This document shows positions 23,034-35,902 of a DNA stretch of 64,000 bases, piece after piece (position 1 is the stretch's first letter; the number at the start of each line of letters is the position of its first letter). The position numbers and the translations under genes were made by a program. The notes beneath the pieces are model-generated. The model ran no database searches, was not told where the DNA came from, and saw only the letters and a program-made list of their open reading frames with translations. The stretch is from Mytilus californianus (Eukaryota), in NCBI RefSeq assembly GCF_021869535.1, contig NW_026262581.1, forward strand, positions 121,024,001 through 121,088,000, given 5' to 3'.

Positions 23034-24210
23034 CATAAAGACCCTCTTTTGAATTTTTCAAAATTAGCATATAAGTCAATCGAAGATGTTGATTGTACCT
23101 TTCCATGTACCTTTAACAAACACATTTTTCAGTTTCTAATATTCATTGGTTTTGACCATGTCTGGAATAATAAAGGAAGACAGTCAGAAGGAAAACTCAT
23201 ATCTGCAATGAAAAAAAGATTACAAGAAAGATATGAAAAATATTTTTTCTCGTGTTTATCAGGTGAAGACCAAAACAAATTACGTACATATTACAAGCTA
23301 AAAAGGGAATATAAAACTGAGACTTATACAAAGTTGAATATCTCGAAACAATATATTAGTCAGACAGTTCTGTAAATTAAGAATTTCTAACCACAATATA
23401 CACATCGAAAAAGGCAGATATAATAATACGCCTTTGGTTCAAAGAATATGTAAACATTGTATTGATAACAAAATTGAAGATGAGTTTCATTTCATATGTG
23501 AATCACGCGGCAACCCAACTCTATCAAGACGATAGGAAAAGTTTTATGATGACGTATACATTGTTAATATTGTACCATGTTTTTGTAATTTAGATAATTT
23601 TGATAAATTTAGATATTAAATGAACTGTTCGGAGACTGACGTTCTCAACAGATTTCTTTTATATATATAGACAAATGTATCATGATCAGAAATTCATCAG
23701 TGGGAATAATTGCATAATATTGATGTGGGTGTTTTGACTATTGTTTGTTATACGTCACAAAATTGCTGTCCCTTTTTTGTTTTATTTTTTCAATGTTTTC
23801 ATGTATTTTACCGATGATCCTTTTGTACTGGATTTTATACTGAATAAAATTAGATAGTTAGTTAGTTAGTTAGTTTAATACATGATTGGGGAGAGCCAGT
23901 ATGTATGAATGTTCTGTATCTTCCTCCTTTAGTAGGAGCACTACCATGGGTTATGGCGTAAAGGAGGACATTTAACACACTGTATCGGTACATATTTATT
24001 GCTTATATACATATATTTTAATTATTAACGTGTATTAAATTTTCAAATATTTTATATTTATCATTAAACGTTTGAGGTGTTGATATTATTTGTTTTTTTA
24101 AGAAATGAAAAATATTGATCGGAATCAAAAGCCATAAATTTTATTTCTCAAGGTTACAAGCGGCATTTAGCAAGGCGTTTTGCAAGGAAAAGCCATTTTT
24201 CCCGATAAAT

Positions 24211-24263
24211 ATGTCGTCGAGATTCAAACCTAATGAGGGCGACTGGATCTGCAATGATACCAA
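24211..24263 (+). CDS. ZRANB2: ZRANB2 exon 1 (MSSRFKPNEGDWICNDT)
   Basis: ATG at 24211, AA|gtatat donor, phase 2; human equivalent is MSTKNFRVSDGDWICPDK. Confidence 0.9.
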
Positions 24264-24743
24264 GTATATAATTTCATGCATATGTATGGTGATTTTAATG
24301 ATGCTGCAAAACATATATAGCATCCTATACTGTAGTCTGTAGTGTCTAAGCACAGTCATACCGTAATATTTTGATAAATTATTTTGTAGTTTAATAGTAA
24401 TACTAATTTGGACTTACTCCTGGTCAACATAATTTTTTCTTTTAATTTAACCAGAAAATTAAGTAATAATTAGTAGATGATACAGCTTGTGTAAGAAGTA
24501 GAAGCGAGCCATTTTATACCATTTTATACCATTGCCATTTCCTACCATCAACAAAGACCATTTCATACGATTAACAACAGCAAAATTGACGATTTAATAT
24601 TGCCAATGTACATTTGTTTCTGGTTTATCAACAAATTTAAAGTTAAGCCAAAATTAATTTGGACATAGATGGCTTTCCTTGGCAGCATGGGTGTCAAACA
24701 TAATTAATGATTGTTACCTCAGCCCTAGGTAAAGTGTGAGACG

Positions 24744-27112
24744 GGTCTCACTAATTAGCGACAAGAAGCGACAAGAAAGCTTATTTAGCGACAAGAAAAT
24801 AAATTTAGCGTTAAGATATCTAAATAATGATTATTTGAAACAAATAGATATAGAAACATGCATTAAAATGTGTGTGGTTTTATTTTAAATATACGAGAAT
24901 TTTCATTATTTCATGATACCAGAGACATATATGTCTCTAATGATACTGAGCGAAGAAAATAATGTTCTAGAAAGAGTTTTTCAAGGATAATATGTTTAAA
25001 TAGATATATTTACAGTTTACTGTATAAATGAATAAATCGATAATACGTAGAGTCGGCATGGTTGATATATCAAAGGTTCAAACCAAATTATCAGATAATC
25101 TAATCTTTATTTATTTCACTAAAAAGGTCCATATATATAATATATATATAGGATGGGACATGGGATTGTTACAAATGTTCAGATTGATACATACATTAAT
25201 ATAATGTAATAAAATATTTTTTCTAAAAATTCATTAAAATACTATATTGAACGTAGTGGTACTAAATCTAACAAACATGATTGAAACTTTATAAAACAGC
25301 AAATAATCAACTGCAATTAATTGAAATATTCCTATTTTTTTAGCTCACCTGGCCCGAAGGGCCAAGTGAGCTTTTCTCATCACTTGTCGTCCGTCGTCGG
25401 CGTTAACTTTTTACATTTTGAACTTCTTCTAGAGAACCACTGAATGGAATGAAACCAAACATGACATGAATGTTCCTTATGAGGTGCTGACCAAGTGTTG
25501 TTACTTTGTAGCCGATCCATCATCCAAGATGGCCGCCAGTGGGGGACTTAGTTTAACATAGGACCCTATGGGAAATGCATACAAATGACTTCTTTTAGAG
25601 AACCACTGAATGGAATGAAACCAAACATGGCATGAATGTTCCTTATGAGGTGCTCACCAAGTGTTGTTACTTTGTAGCCGATCCATCATCCAAGATGGCC
25701 GCCAGCGGGGGACTTAGTTTAACATAGGACCCTATGGGAAATGCATACAAATGACTTCTTTTAGAGAACCACTGAATGGAATAAAACCAAACATGGCATG
25801 AATGTTCCTTATGAGGTGCTGACCATGTGTTGTTACTTTGTAGCCGATCCATCATCCAAGATGGCCGCCATCGGGGAACTTAGTTTAACATAGGACCCTA
25901 TGGGAAATATATACAAATGTCTTCTTTTAGAGAACCACTGAATGGAATGAAACCAAACATGGCATGAATGTTCCTTATGAGGTGCTGACCAAGTGTTGTT
26001 ACTTTGTAGCCAATCCATCATCCAAGATGGCCGCCAGCGGGGGACTTAGTTTAACATAGGACCCTATGGGAAATACATAAAAATGTCTTCTTTTAGAGAA
26101 CCACTGAATGGAATGGAACCAAACATGGCATGAATGTTCCTTATGAGATGCTGACCAAGTGTTGTTACTTTGCAGTCGGTCCATCATCCAAGATGGCCGC
26201 CAGCAGGGGACTCAGTTTAACATAGGACCCTATGGGAAATACATACAAATGTCTTCTTTTAGAGAACCACTGAATGGAATGAAACCAAACATGGCATGAA
26301 TGTCCCTTATGAGGTGCTGACCAAGTGTTGTTACTTTGTAGCCGATCCATCATCCAAGATGGCCGCCAGCGGGGGACTTAGTTTAACATAGGATCCTATG
26401 GGAAATACATACAAATGTTTTCTTTTAGAGAACCACTGAATGGAAAGAAACCAAACATGGCATGAATGTTCCTTATGAGGTGCTGACCAAGTGTTGTTAC
26501 TTTGCAGTCGGTCCATCATCAAAGATGGCCGACAGCAGGGGACTTAGTTTAACAAAGGACCTAAGGGAAATACATACAAATGTCTTCTTTTAGCGAACCA
26601 CTGAATGGAATGAAACCAAACATGGCATGAATGTTCCTTATGGGTTGCTGACCAAGTGTTGTTACTTTGCAGTCGATCCATCATCCAAGATGGCCGCTAG
26701 GGGGGGGGGGGCTTAGTTTAACATAGGACCCTATGGGAAATACATACAAATGTCTTCTTTTAGAGTACCACTGAATGGAATGAAACCAAACATGGCATGA
26801 ATGTTCCTTATGAAGTGCTGACCAAGTGTTGCTACTTTGTTGTCGATTTACTGTTCAAGATGGCCACCAGGATATTTTATTAAATAACGGGACCAATATT
26901 AATCAAAATTTGGCCTCAATCATTATTTGGGTATCTGTTATGATTTTTATCTATCTTTACATGATTTCTAAAACCAAAGTAGAGTCAGGTGAGCGACACA
27001 GGCTCTTGAGAGCCTCTAGTTTTAATAGTATTTAAACTTTTTTGTCGCTAAATTTGTCTTCTTGTTGCTTCTTGACGCTTCTTGTCGCTTCTTGTCGCTA
27101 ATTAGTGAGACC
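24744..27112. mobile_element. TIR element with GGTCTCAC ends and gcgacaagaa subterminal repeats; hosts a satellite-bearing HINE
   Basis: About 34-bp TIR ggtctcactaattagcgacaagaagcgacaagaa at both ends; no TSD evident. Confidence 0.75.
25335..27022 (+). mobile_element. Helentron-type (HINE-like) element with an internal array of about 8.6 x 166-bp monomers
   Basis: Inserted in a T run; 5' stem-loop ggcccgaagggcc, cgt microsatellite; monomer starts at 25431, 25597, 25763, 25929, 26095, 26261, 26427, 26592 and 26762; 3' hairpin ggctcttgagagcc. Confidence 0.85.
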
Positions 27113-28699
27113 TCTGCTCGCCAAAGTCGTGAAAGAAATGTTGGCAAGCACTGATGCTTTGGAATTTGCCAAGATGTAGAATTGAAGTGATCTGGCAGTT
27201 TCCTAGCTTTAAATTGTTGAATTTAAAGTCAGTTAAACTAATTGTTATGTGTAGTATAACCAGAGACATATAGTACAAGAGATTCGCAACTCGGCGAACT
27301 AACGTATATTTTCGTGGCCACTAATAAATCCTCGCGCAATCTACTTTGGTAATTAAAAGTTCTCAAAGTAATGATGAATGTTCTAACAACCTCTGTTATG
27401 AAACCGACTCGGCTTTCAGTGTAATAAATAACATAATCAAATTATATAACCTGGGTTTGTATCAAACTGAGACTATTATACTAATATATTATGTCCCAGT
27501 ATAAACTTGCTATTATTTTAATTTATGTGTTTATTAATCTTTAATCATGGTCGGCTTTGTATTCTTGATATTAAATAATAATATATGATTCTTGATTAAT
27601 TATATTGTAAAATTGAGAATGTGTTTATAATTATTTGATACTTTCATATGGCTTTAATTGAGTTGTTTTTATGATTGTAGGTAAAATTATGGTTTCTTAG
27701 TGTTTTAGTTTGATAGTTTCATAACGGGCTTGCATTGAGTTTTTCTGTTATTGTTCGCAAATTTATGGATTCTACACGTTCTAAATGTGTATTTCAGATA
27801 AATATTTAATTCTAAATGGCAATAAATTTCTAATTTGAATATAAACGTGTCAGAGACGTAATTTCGCAATGTGACATGTATTAGGTGTGAATTATTTGTT
27901 AACCAGGTAAATCACAACATGTTCTAATGACTGAGTTTAAATTGACACCTTGTAAGCAGGAAGTTGAATGGTTACTTACTACACCCAGGAGGCCAGAATC
28001 TTTGAAAACAATTAATATTTTTCAATGGGAAATAAAAAAAAACACTAACTTTTTTAATTAGGATCGTATAAAAAACGAGGTTTTATTAAATGGGAAAGGG
28101 GGGCTTATATATATCGTAAAAACACTTATCTCTATGAAAAAAATTTTGCAGACCAAAATAAAATAAATCTTGCAACTAAACAAAAAAAGAAAAATTGTCT
28201 GACAGAAAATAACATGACAAAAGATGATTAAAAAAAAATGTTTCTTTCATTATTAATTTGCCATTTAATAAATACCATCACCCATAACGAATGTGGATTG
28301 CAAACAGTCTGATGAATCATCTTGTTAACATTGACCAGAGACTGCATGGACTAAGAGATCATTAGAATATTAGAATTCATATAAATAATTGGCAGCCATA
28401 CATTTTTACTTCAAATTGACACCAAATACTTGGCTTTCTTAAATGACTATATACCGGTAATTCAAAATCAGTACCAAAAAACGAATCTGTGAACATAACA
28501 GATAATGTATAGACCTTTTCTATGGGCTTTCTGCCAATAAGACTTAATATACATGTAAGCCCAAAGGTATAATAGCTTTTCAACTAGCCTGATATTCATA
28601 AATTCTGAAGAAGACCATCCAAACAAAATATTTTCTATACGGTCCAATGTACATGCATATAATTACTCTTAGGCTGAACCAAATAATATGTTTTCAAGA

Positions 28700-28980
28700 A
28701 TGATGATGATGAATGGCTGGCTAGATTAAATGCATTAATCAGGACAAGAACTTGTTAATGTGATATAAATATGAACCCTGATTTGTACTAAACTGACAAT
28801 CTGTGCCAGTTCACGCCCGCAGATAGACTTGTTACACTAACCGGACACACTATTCAGACTAACAGCCAACAAGTCTTTGCTCTTACTACTAAATGTTGCA
28901 TGCTTAGAAGAGAAGCAGCAAATTTAATATAGATTTTAAAGTCTTTAGCCTGACCACACTAAGGATTAAACCAACGACCA
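28700..28980 (-). mobile_element. Degenerate SINE (second family; related copy at 53285-53600)
   Basis: Shared tgc(t/a)tgct..g.gaag.agca.a...attttaaagtct and (TCA)n tail on the minus strand. Confidence 0.55.
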
Positions 28981-28994
28981 CAGTACCTTTTATA

Positions 28995-29440
28995 CGACTG
29001 CAAAACATTTTTGGTTATGGTACCAACAGTTAAGGAATAAGGGGCCAAAAATAAGCATTTTTGTAACTTCCAGACAATAACTTGTGTGTTAGTGTATGGA
29101 TCTCTCTGACATTGTACCACAAGGTTCCATATCACAAAGGGAATGCTGGGATTGATTTTGGCGGTAATTGCCTCAAAATTTTAGGAATTAGGGGCCAAAA
29201 AAGGGGCAAAAAACAAGCATTTTTCTAGTTTCATGACAATAACTTGTGTGTAAGTGTATGAAATTGTACTACAAGGTTCCATATCACAAAGGGAAAGCTG
29301 GAGTTGAGTTTGGGGTAATTGCCCAAAACATTTAGGAATAAGGGGTTAAAAATAAGCATTTTTCTAGTTTCCAGACAATAACTTGTGTTCAAGTGTATGG
29401 ATCTCTCTGAAATTGTACTGCAAGGTACCATACCCCCAAA
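28995..29440 (+). repeat. About 161-bp satellite-core fragment (ggggccaaaa family; also 34016-34830)
   Basis: gacaataacttgtg recurs at 29074, 29235 and 29374. Confidence 0.8.
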
Positions 29441-30937
29441 AAAAAAAAAATTCAATGGGCCATTTTTAGAGTTAATGGGCAATTTGTCAAATGAATGGGC
29501 AACAAAAAAATATCAAAAGTGTATGTCTCAGCAAAGAGCATGAAGAGGTACTAACCTGTATGATTCTAATTGATATTGTTCCTGTGCTTTTGTAGTTTTG
29601 AGTGAACAAATGTTAATTTATATTTAGTTCATGGTGATTTATGTGACTAAGACCTGGGACTAGTATAATAGTCCCAGCTAAGACTGACATCATATATATA
29701 TGTGTTCATGATACTTAACCTCACTCAGAAATTGACACTTTATGACTTATAATAAAAACTATAGAACTGAACAACATATGACCAAGACCAACACCACTTC
29801 AATGAACATGAATCAAGATTAAGGAAATGCTGAAATCAAGATTGTACTGGTTTTAAATGTTGTGCAGCCTAATGCCATGGTATTTTTCTTTCCAGCTTTT
29901 TGGCAAGATTTGCTGTACATTTTGCTGCCATCATACAATAATCAGGGCCATAACTTCTCCCAAACAGGGTGATATTTATGAGAATCTTTATTTACTGTTT
30001 TAATACTAGTACCTTCACCAGTACAGTCTCCTTGTTTATTTTTCAAGTTCCTTTGACATTAAATTTGGGTCTTCGTCAACTGACATACTTTGTCCGAAGT
30101 TCTGTATTTGAGGACGTTTCAGGCATTTCCTCAGCATTTTTTTTTTATTATTATTTTTATCGCAATCAATGGCCATGCAAAACAACAATTCATTGCTTCT
30201 TTGGAGGCATGTTTACAAAATTTATAAACGAACCAAAGACCAAAAAATTGACAAGAACAATGAAGCGCCTTTTATGGAGACAAGTACGATATTTTAAAAA
30301 AGGCCCTTGGGTTTTTCGATCAAAATTATAGCAAGTTTACTTTAAAGATTATAATTTGAGAAAATTTCTCATCTGTACTAGCCAACTTTCACAGAATAAA
30401 CGTTGTTTACTTTGAAAATTTGATCATGGTTTGGGGTTCAGATATGCCGCAAGTTGCTATTGTTAACTGTTAACATGAAGCAAAACACCTTCGACGGCCC
30501 AAAAATGTAGGTGGTGCTCCTGTCATTGGAGCAAAGCACAACCTTGTTTTGTACACAAAAATGGCGACACGGAAATACTTTTTATGATATCTAAATGTTG
30601 ATACAAGCGAAAATAATGTGCGCCACATTGGGGCTGACATTTGTCACTCTTAGCACCATTTTTGGTCAAAATGCGCAAATTGCGCTAGACCTTCCCGATC
30701 ACTAAAGGTTAGCAACTATAGGTCACCGTATGGCCTTCAACAATGAGCAAAACCCATACCGCATAGCAAGCTATAAAAGCCCTTAAAACGACAAGTGTAA
30801 AACAATTCACATTAAGAAACTAAAAGCCTGATTTATGTACAGATCAGGTAATGATTATGTTTATACTGTGTCACAAGTGATTGAGTTTGTGCATTAAGGG
30901 CCTTTTTGGACCACAAAGTGATGGACTTATAAAAAAT

Positions 30938-31764
30938 TAGGGATGTCAATGAGTACTTGAGTATTCGGGTATCGCTCGGTAGTACCGAGTATCGAATACC
31001 AAAACAATTCTTGACTAATCAGTTTCCTGTTAGAATATTGCTGTCTTTTATATATAAAATTGATCTTCTCGAGAACCTCTTTCGAAAAATTAAATAGGCA
31101 TCACTGATTAATCATACTAGTAAATAAAATACATTTTGTTTCGAATGCTTGTGCTAAATTTCCATTTAAAATGCCTCCGAAAATACATGGGCTATACCAA
31201 GGCCAACACTTTAAACTAAACATGTCTTAGACATTCCGTCACATAGGTACCATCAGAGCAAATATTTTCTTCTGCAAGACTGTTTTTACAAAGTTGCAAA
31301 ACCGACTGACCCCAATAATAGTTGACAAAATAATTATTCCAAATAAAACAAATTCATTGCATCCTCTGGTGACCCTCAGTTAATAGATAAACTTCTAATC
31401 CTTACGCCTTTGTAAATATTAGATGTGTTTTCTTAACGATTACCAAATACTATTGTTTGATATGGTTTTTCCTTATTATTATTTTTGAATAGGTGTCCAT
31501 TAAATTATATTTATTAGATTATTGTTTTTAAATTAAGTAGTACTTGTAGGTAATGAGCTATTAATTATGGTGTGTAATTCCTTGTCCCAGATACTTATGT
31601 AGATGGTTTTTCGTCCATTGAACAACTGTTACAAACCACAGAATGTAAAATACATATTTTTGTGTTTCCATGTTGTAGAAATATTCCCAAGCGAGTCCTC
31701 GAGTATTGCTCAATAAAACCAACTAGTACTTGATTAGTAAATGTTCACCGAGTTGACATCCCTA
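30938..31764. mobile_element. hAT-like MITE
   Basis: TIR tagggatgtcaa; 8-bp TSD taaaaaat/caaaaaat (7 of 8 match). Confidence 0.75.
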
Positions 31765-32220
31765 CAAAAAATATAAGAATTTGAGTAATAATGCTTGATA
31801 GAATTACCTACATTTTTGTAACATGATAGAAAAAATATACATGTTATCATTTGAAATATTTTTTCTTTGTTTAATGCTTTGGTCAAATTAAAAAAAAAAA
31901 TACTTTAGACCAGAAACAAATTTGAAAGTCCTTGTCTGATGTATGGTGATGGAACAGGTTTAAAAAGTTATTGTAGAATCTTATCTTTTGTTGTTAAGGG
32001 TCAATATTTCATATGTTGACCTATATAAAGGTACAAATGTATACCTTGCTGTGGTATTTAATTGTTTGTTTGTCAATTATTTTGTCAATATTCCTAATAG
32101 CGCTGACATATATATGGTTTTCTTTTGCTGAAAAAAAGGTTTTCTTAACTACTTGTTAATGAAACTTAAAGTTATATATAATGTATACCAGTATATGTAA
32201 CTGCAATATCTATCTTACAG

Positions 32221-32273
32221 GTGTGGCAATGTCAACTTTTCTAGAAGAACTCAGTGTAACAAATGTGGTAAAG
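32221..32273 (+). CDS. ZRANB2: ZRANB2 exon 2 (CGNVNFSRRTQCNKCGK; RanBP2 zinc finger 1)
   Basis: cttacag acceptor, G|gtaatt donor; 53 nt, phase 2 to 1. Confidence 0.95.
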
Positions 32274-32344
32274 GTAATTTATAATTTTTACTAACTTTTC
32301 ATTGACTGATATAGTTTGGTATACAGTTGTCCATCCATCTGCAT

Positions 32345-33190
32345 TTTTAGCTTTTCTCATCAGTTGCATGGCATTGTATGTCGTCGTCTGTTAACTTTTA
32401 CAAAAATCTTCACCTCTGAAACTACGGGACCAAATCTAACCAAACTAATATAAGACACAAGCATCATTTGGATATTTAGTTGACCTATGACCCCACCTGT
32501 CAACCAACATGGCTGACATGGCTAAAAATAGAATATGGGGTAAAATGCAAGTTTCATCTGTTATCTTGAAAACCACTATGAACGGATAAAATCTGATACA
32601 AAATGCTCAGATCTACGTTTTGTTTTTTCAAATCAAAACTTTCAGACAACTTCCTATAGGAATTATTGCCCTTAAATGACAAATTTTACCAATGTTTTGT
32701 GTTTTTGACTTATATCTTAAAAATAGATGAAAACTTAAATGAGCAAAAATGATCAGCAAGGCACGATCTACAAAATTGTTAGTATGACTGAAATCTTACA
32801 ACGACTCATTATAGGAGTTATTGGCCTTTAATGACATTTTTATGGCCCTGCCACGGCGGAGGGTGTATCAAGTTTTACACTTCGTCTGTACTTCTCAAAA
32901 TAAGTTTCCGTCTTTTAACTTTAGTTTGCCTCAATCAAATGTAATAAAACTTGTACACAATGCTTGTTACCACCAAAATTAGATCAAGATCGATTTTGAG
33001 TGGTGTCACTATCGCTGTTCTCAAGTTATGTCCCTTTATAAATGGAAAAATTGCTAAACTTGCCGTTTCCGCACCTTAACTTTAGTTTGCCTCAACCAAA
33101 TGTTATGAAATTATGAATGCTTGTTACCACCAAACACAGATCAAATTTGAATTTTGGTGGCGTCACTTTAGCTGTCCTCGAGTTATGTCC
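32345..33190 (+). mobile_element. Two adjacent HINE-like fragments (families also seen at 39838 and 38078)
   Basis: Shared tttagct...gtcgtc.gttaacttt...ctctgaaactac.gg.ccaaat, and tttgcctcaa.caaatgt.at.aaactt cores. Confidence 0.65.
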
Positions 33191-33822
33191 TTTTTGTCAA
33201 GCCTTCGACTTTTCGGCCGCGTCCACAAATATTCACTCTGTGGTTAAAGTTTTTGAAATTTTAATAACTTTCTTAAACTATCCTGGATTTCTACCAAACT
33301 TGGACAGAAGCTTGTTTATGATCATAAGATAATATCCAAAAGTAAATTTTGTAAAAAAAAAAAATCCATTTTTTCCGTATTTTACTTATAAATGGACTTA
33401 GTTTTTCTGCCAGTTAACATTACATTCACTCTGTGGTTAAAGTTTTTGAAATTTTAATAACTTTCTTAAACTATCCTGGATTTCTACCAAACTTGGACAG
33501 AAGCTTGTTTATGATTAAAAGCTAGTATCTAGAAGGAAATTTTGTTAAAATATTGTTCCATTTTTTCTGTATTTTACTTATAAATGGACTTAGTTTTTCT
33601 TCCAGTTAACATTACATACAGTCTGCAGTTTAAGTTTTTAAAACATTTATTAGATTCATAAACTATCCTGGATTTTTACCAAAATTGGACAGAAGCTACT
33701 TACAATTAAATGATAGTATAGAGAGGAATATTTTGATTAATTTTTTTCCTCATTTTTGTTGAGCCTGCGATTAACAGCAAAAGTAGGCGAGACACTGGGT
33801 TCCGCGGAACCCTTACGAATTT
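33191..33822 (+). mobile_element. HINE-like element with about 190-bp cores and 3' palindrome gggttccgcggaaccc
   Basis: Cores ttcactctgtggttaaagtttt at 33233 and 33425; same family at 41487-42320. Confidence 0.8.
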
Positions 33823-33899
33823 TATAAATTGAAAAATTGCTGAATTTGCCATATATTTACAAGTGACACATTCTTCTTTTATTTACCAACTTTTTTTGA

Positions 33900-35468
33900 T
33901 TTTTAGTCCCCTACCGACAAAGTGGAAGGGGACTTTAGGTTTGCACTCTGTCTGTTTGTCTGTCTGTCCATCCGTCAGTCCGGCAAATCCGTTTTCCACA
34001 CTTTTTTAAACTTTGCGGTCGTATATTGGTATGACGTTGGCGTCGTCGTCCGAAGACACATTGGTTTTCGCACTCTTACTTTAGTTTAAGTAAGTGGATC
34101 TATATGAAATTTTACCATAAGGTTCAATACCACAAAAGGAAAGTTGGGATTGATTTTGGGGGTTATGGTACCATCAGTTAAGGAATTAGGGGCCAAAAAT
34201 AAGCATTGATTTTGGGGGTAATAGCCTTAAAAAAATTAGGAATTAGGGACCAAAAAAGGGGCAAAAAACAAGCATTTTCTAGTTTCATGACAATAACTTG
34301 TGTGTAAGTGTATGGATCTTTCTGAAATTGTACTACAAGGTTCCATTTCACAAAGGGAAAGCTGGAATTGAGTTTGGGGGTAATTGCCCAAAACGTTTAG
34401 GAATAAGGGGCCAAAAAGCGGCCAAAAATAAGCATTTTTCTAGTTTCCAGACAATAACTTGTGTTCAAGTGTATGGATCTCTCTGAAATTGTACTGCAAG
34501 GTACCATACCACAAAGTTAAAGGGAAGGCTGGGATTGATTTTGGGGGTAATTGCTTCAAAAAATTTTTTCTTTAAAATTTTCCATTTTAAATTGGTTATT
34601 TCTGATTTATATATAAAGCAAATAATAATGATTTGGTTTGAATAGGTAAATTAAAAATTTTTAAGTTCTTAGACCACATTCATTCTGTGTCAGAAACCTG
34701 TGCTGTGTCAAATATTTAATCACAATCCAAATTCAGAGCTGTATCAAGCTTAAATGTTGTGTCCATACTTGCCCCAACTGTTCAGGGTTCGACCGCTGTG
34801 GTCGTATCAAGCTGCGCCCAGCGGAGCATTTCATTTGTTCATGCTTGAAGATATTGATTTGATATTTGGTGTATTGTTTTATCATGACAAGTTACAGATC
34901 AAGTTCGAATTTTGTTCCAGTCTGATAATTTTGTGCAGAGTTATGTTCCTTGGACTTGGAAAATTCACTCAAATAATCAGTTTTCCACACTTTTTTTCGT
35001 CACTCTTGAAGATATTGATTTGAAAATTGGTATATAGTTTTATCATGACAAGTTACAGATCAAGAACGAATTATGTTCTGGTCTGATGATTTTGTACAGA
35101 GTTATGGTCCTTGGACTTAAAAAACTCACTCAAATAATCAGTTTTCCACACTTTTTTTCGTCATTCTTGAAGATGTTGATTTGAAAATTGGTATATAGTT
35201 TTATCATGACAAGTTACAGATCAAGAACGAATTATGTTCTGGTCTGATGATTTTGTGCAGAGTTATGGTCCTTGGACTTAGAAAATTCACTCAAATAATC
35301 AGTTTTTCACACTTTTTTTCGTCATGCTTGAAGATATTGACTTGATATTTGTTATATAGTTTACACCATGCAAAGTTTTAGATCAAGTTAGCATTTTGTT
35401 CCAGTACAATGAATTCTTAACCGGTAGGGGACTATGTATTGCCATGCAATACTCTCAGAATGCTTGTT
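33900..35468 (+). mobile_element. HINE-like element with 161-bp cores, interrupted by a second satellite-bearing element at 34016-34830
   Basis: 5' tagtcccct...aaggggact stem-loop and GTCY tract; ttgaagat.ttga cores at 34845, 35006, 35167 and 35328; 3' ccggtaggggactatgtattgcc...atgcttgtt. Confidence 0.8.
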
Positions 35469-35491
35469 AATTCTTTCTTTTCTTATTACAG

Positions 35492-35597
35492 AAAAGAAAG
35501 ATGGATTGATTTTTAAGAAAGGAGGAACAGAAATAGGAAAAGGATTGGCAGAAAAAAGTAAAGGTTTATTTAGTGCTGATGACTGGCAGTGTAAAAG
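35492..35597 (+). CDS. ZRANB2: ZRANB2 exon 3 (KKGGTEIGKGLAEKSKGLFSADDWQCK)
   Basis: ttacag acceptor, AG|gtaaaa donor; 106 nt; human equivalent is GGTEIGKTLAEKSRGLFSANDWQCK. Confidence 0.95.
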
Positions 35598-35902
35598 GTA
35601 AAAAGAATAGTGCTCATATACAAGTGATTTATCAGTGTTGATTGTGTATATGCTATAAAGGAGAAAGTGTATTTGGGACTTATTTGGTTCAGCAAATTCA
35701 CCATAAAATAAAGAATTGTGTAATACCATTACTAATCACACTGTTTTAATTTTTTTCTTAATATATTATCATGTACAATGTAAGCACTCTGACTCCCTTG
35801 GTTGTTAACTAAAATTTTTGTTCAGCAACCCCTTTCTTTCTCGACATTTTTGTAAAGTTTACATTTTAAGATTGCTTTTAGTACACATATTTTGAAATTT
35901 TT

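Larger units (their letters stand above)
12279..23877 (+). mobile_element. Decayed, near full-length non-LTR retrotransposon (RTE-X-like; LINE A) split into segments 12279-16879, 18646-18923, 21359-21904 and 23034-23877
   Basis: ORF1 with coiled coil and SGNH esterase; ORF2 from about 14779 (ISS*NVHG, LETK, GDLNAH, SAVVDY, SDHCP endonuclease; NYRGI, FVDIRKAFD, GVKQG, YADD at 18842; C-terminal IEKGRY..C..C...EDEFHFIC); aataaa + (TAGT)n tail at 23843-23877. Many stops and frameshifts. Clade is inferred and no TSD was found. Confidence 0.88.

Noticed and set aside
25667-26522. Five near-identical 62-63-aa minus-strand ORFs suggesting a peptide gene cluster
   Set aside because: They are artefacts of the 166-bp satellite monomers; 166 is not a multiple of 3 and the array lies inside a HINE.
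28300-28600. Possible intronic C/D-box snoRNA (TGATGA at about 28311)
   Set aside because: No suitably spaced D box or terminal stem was found.
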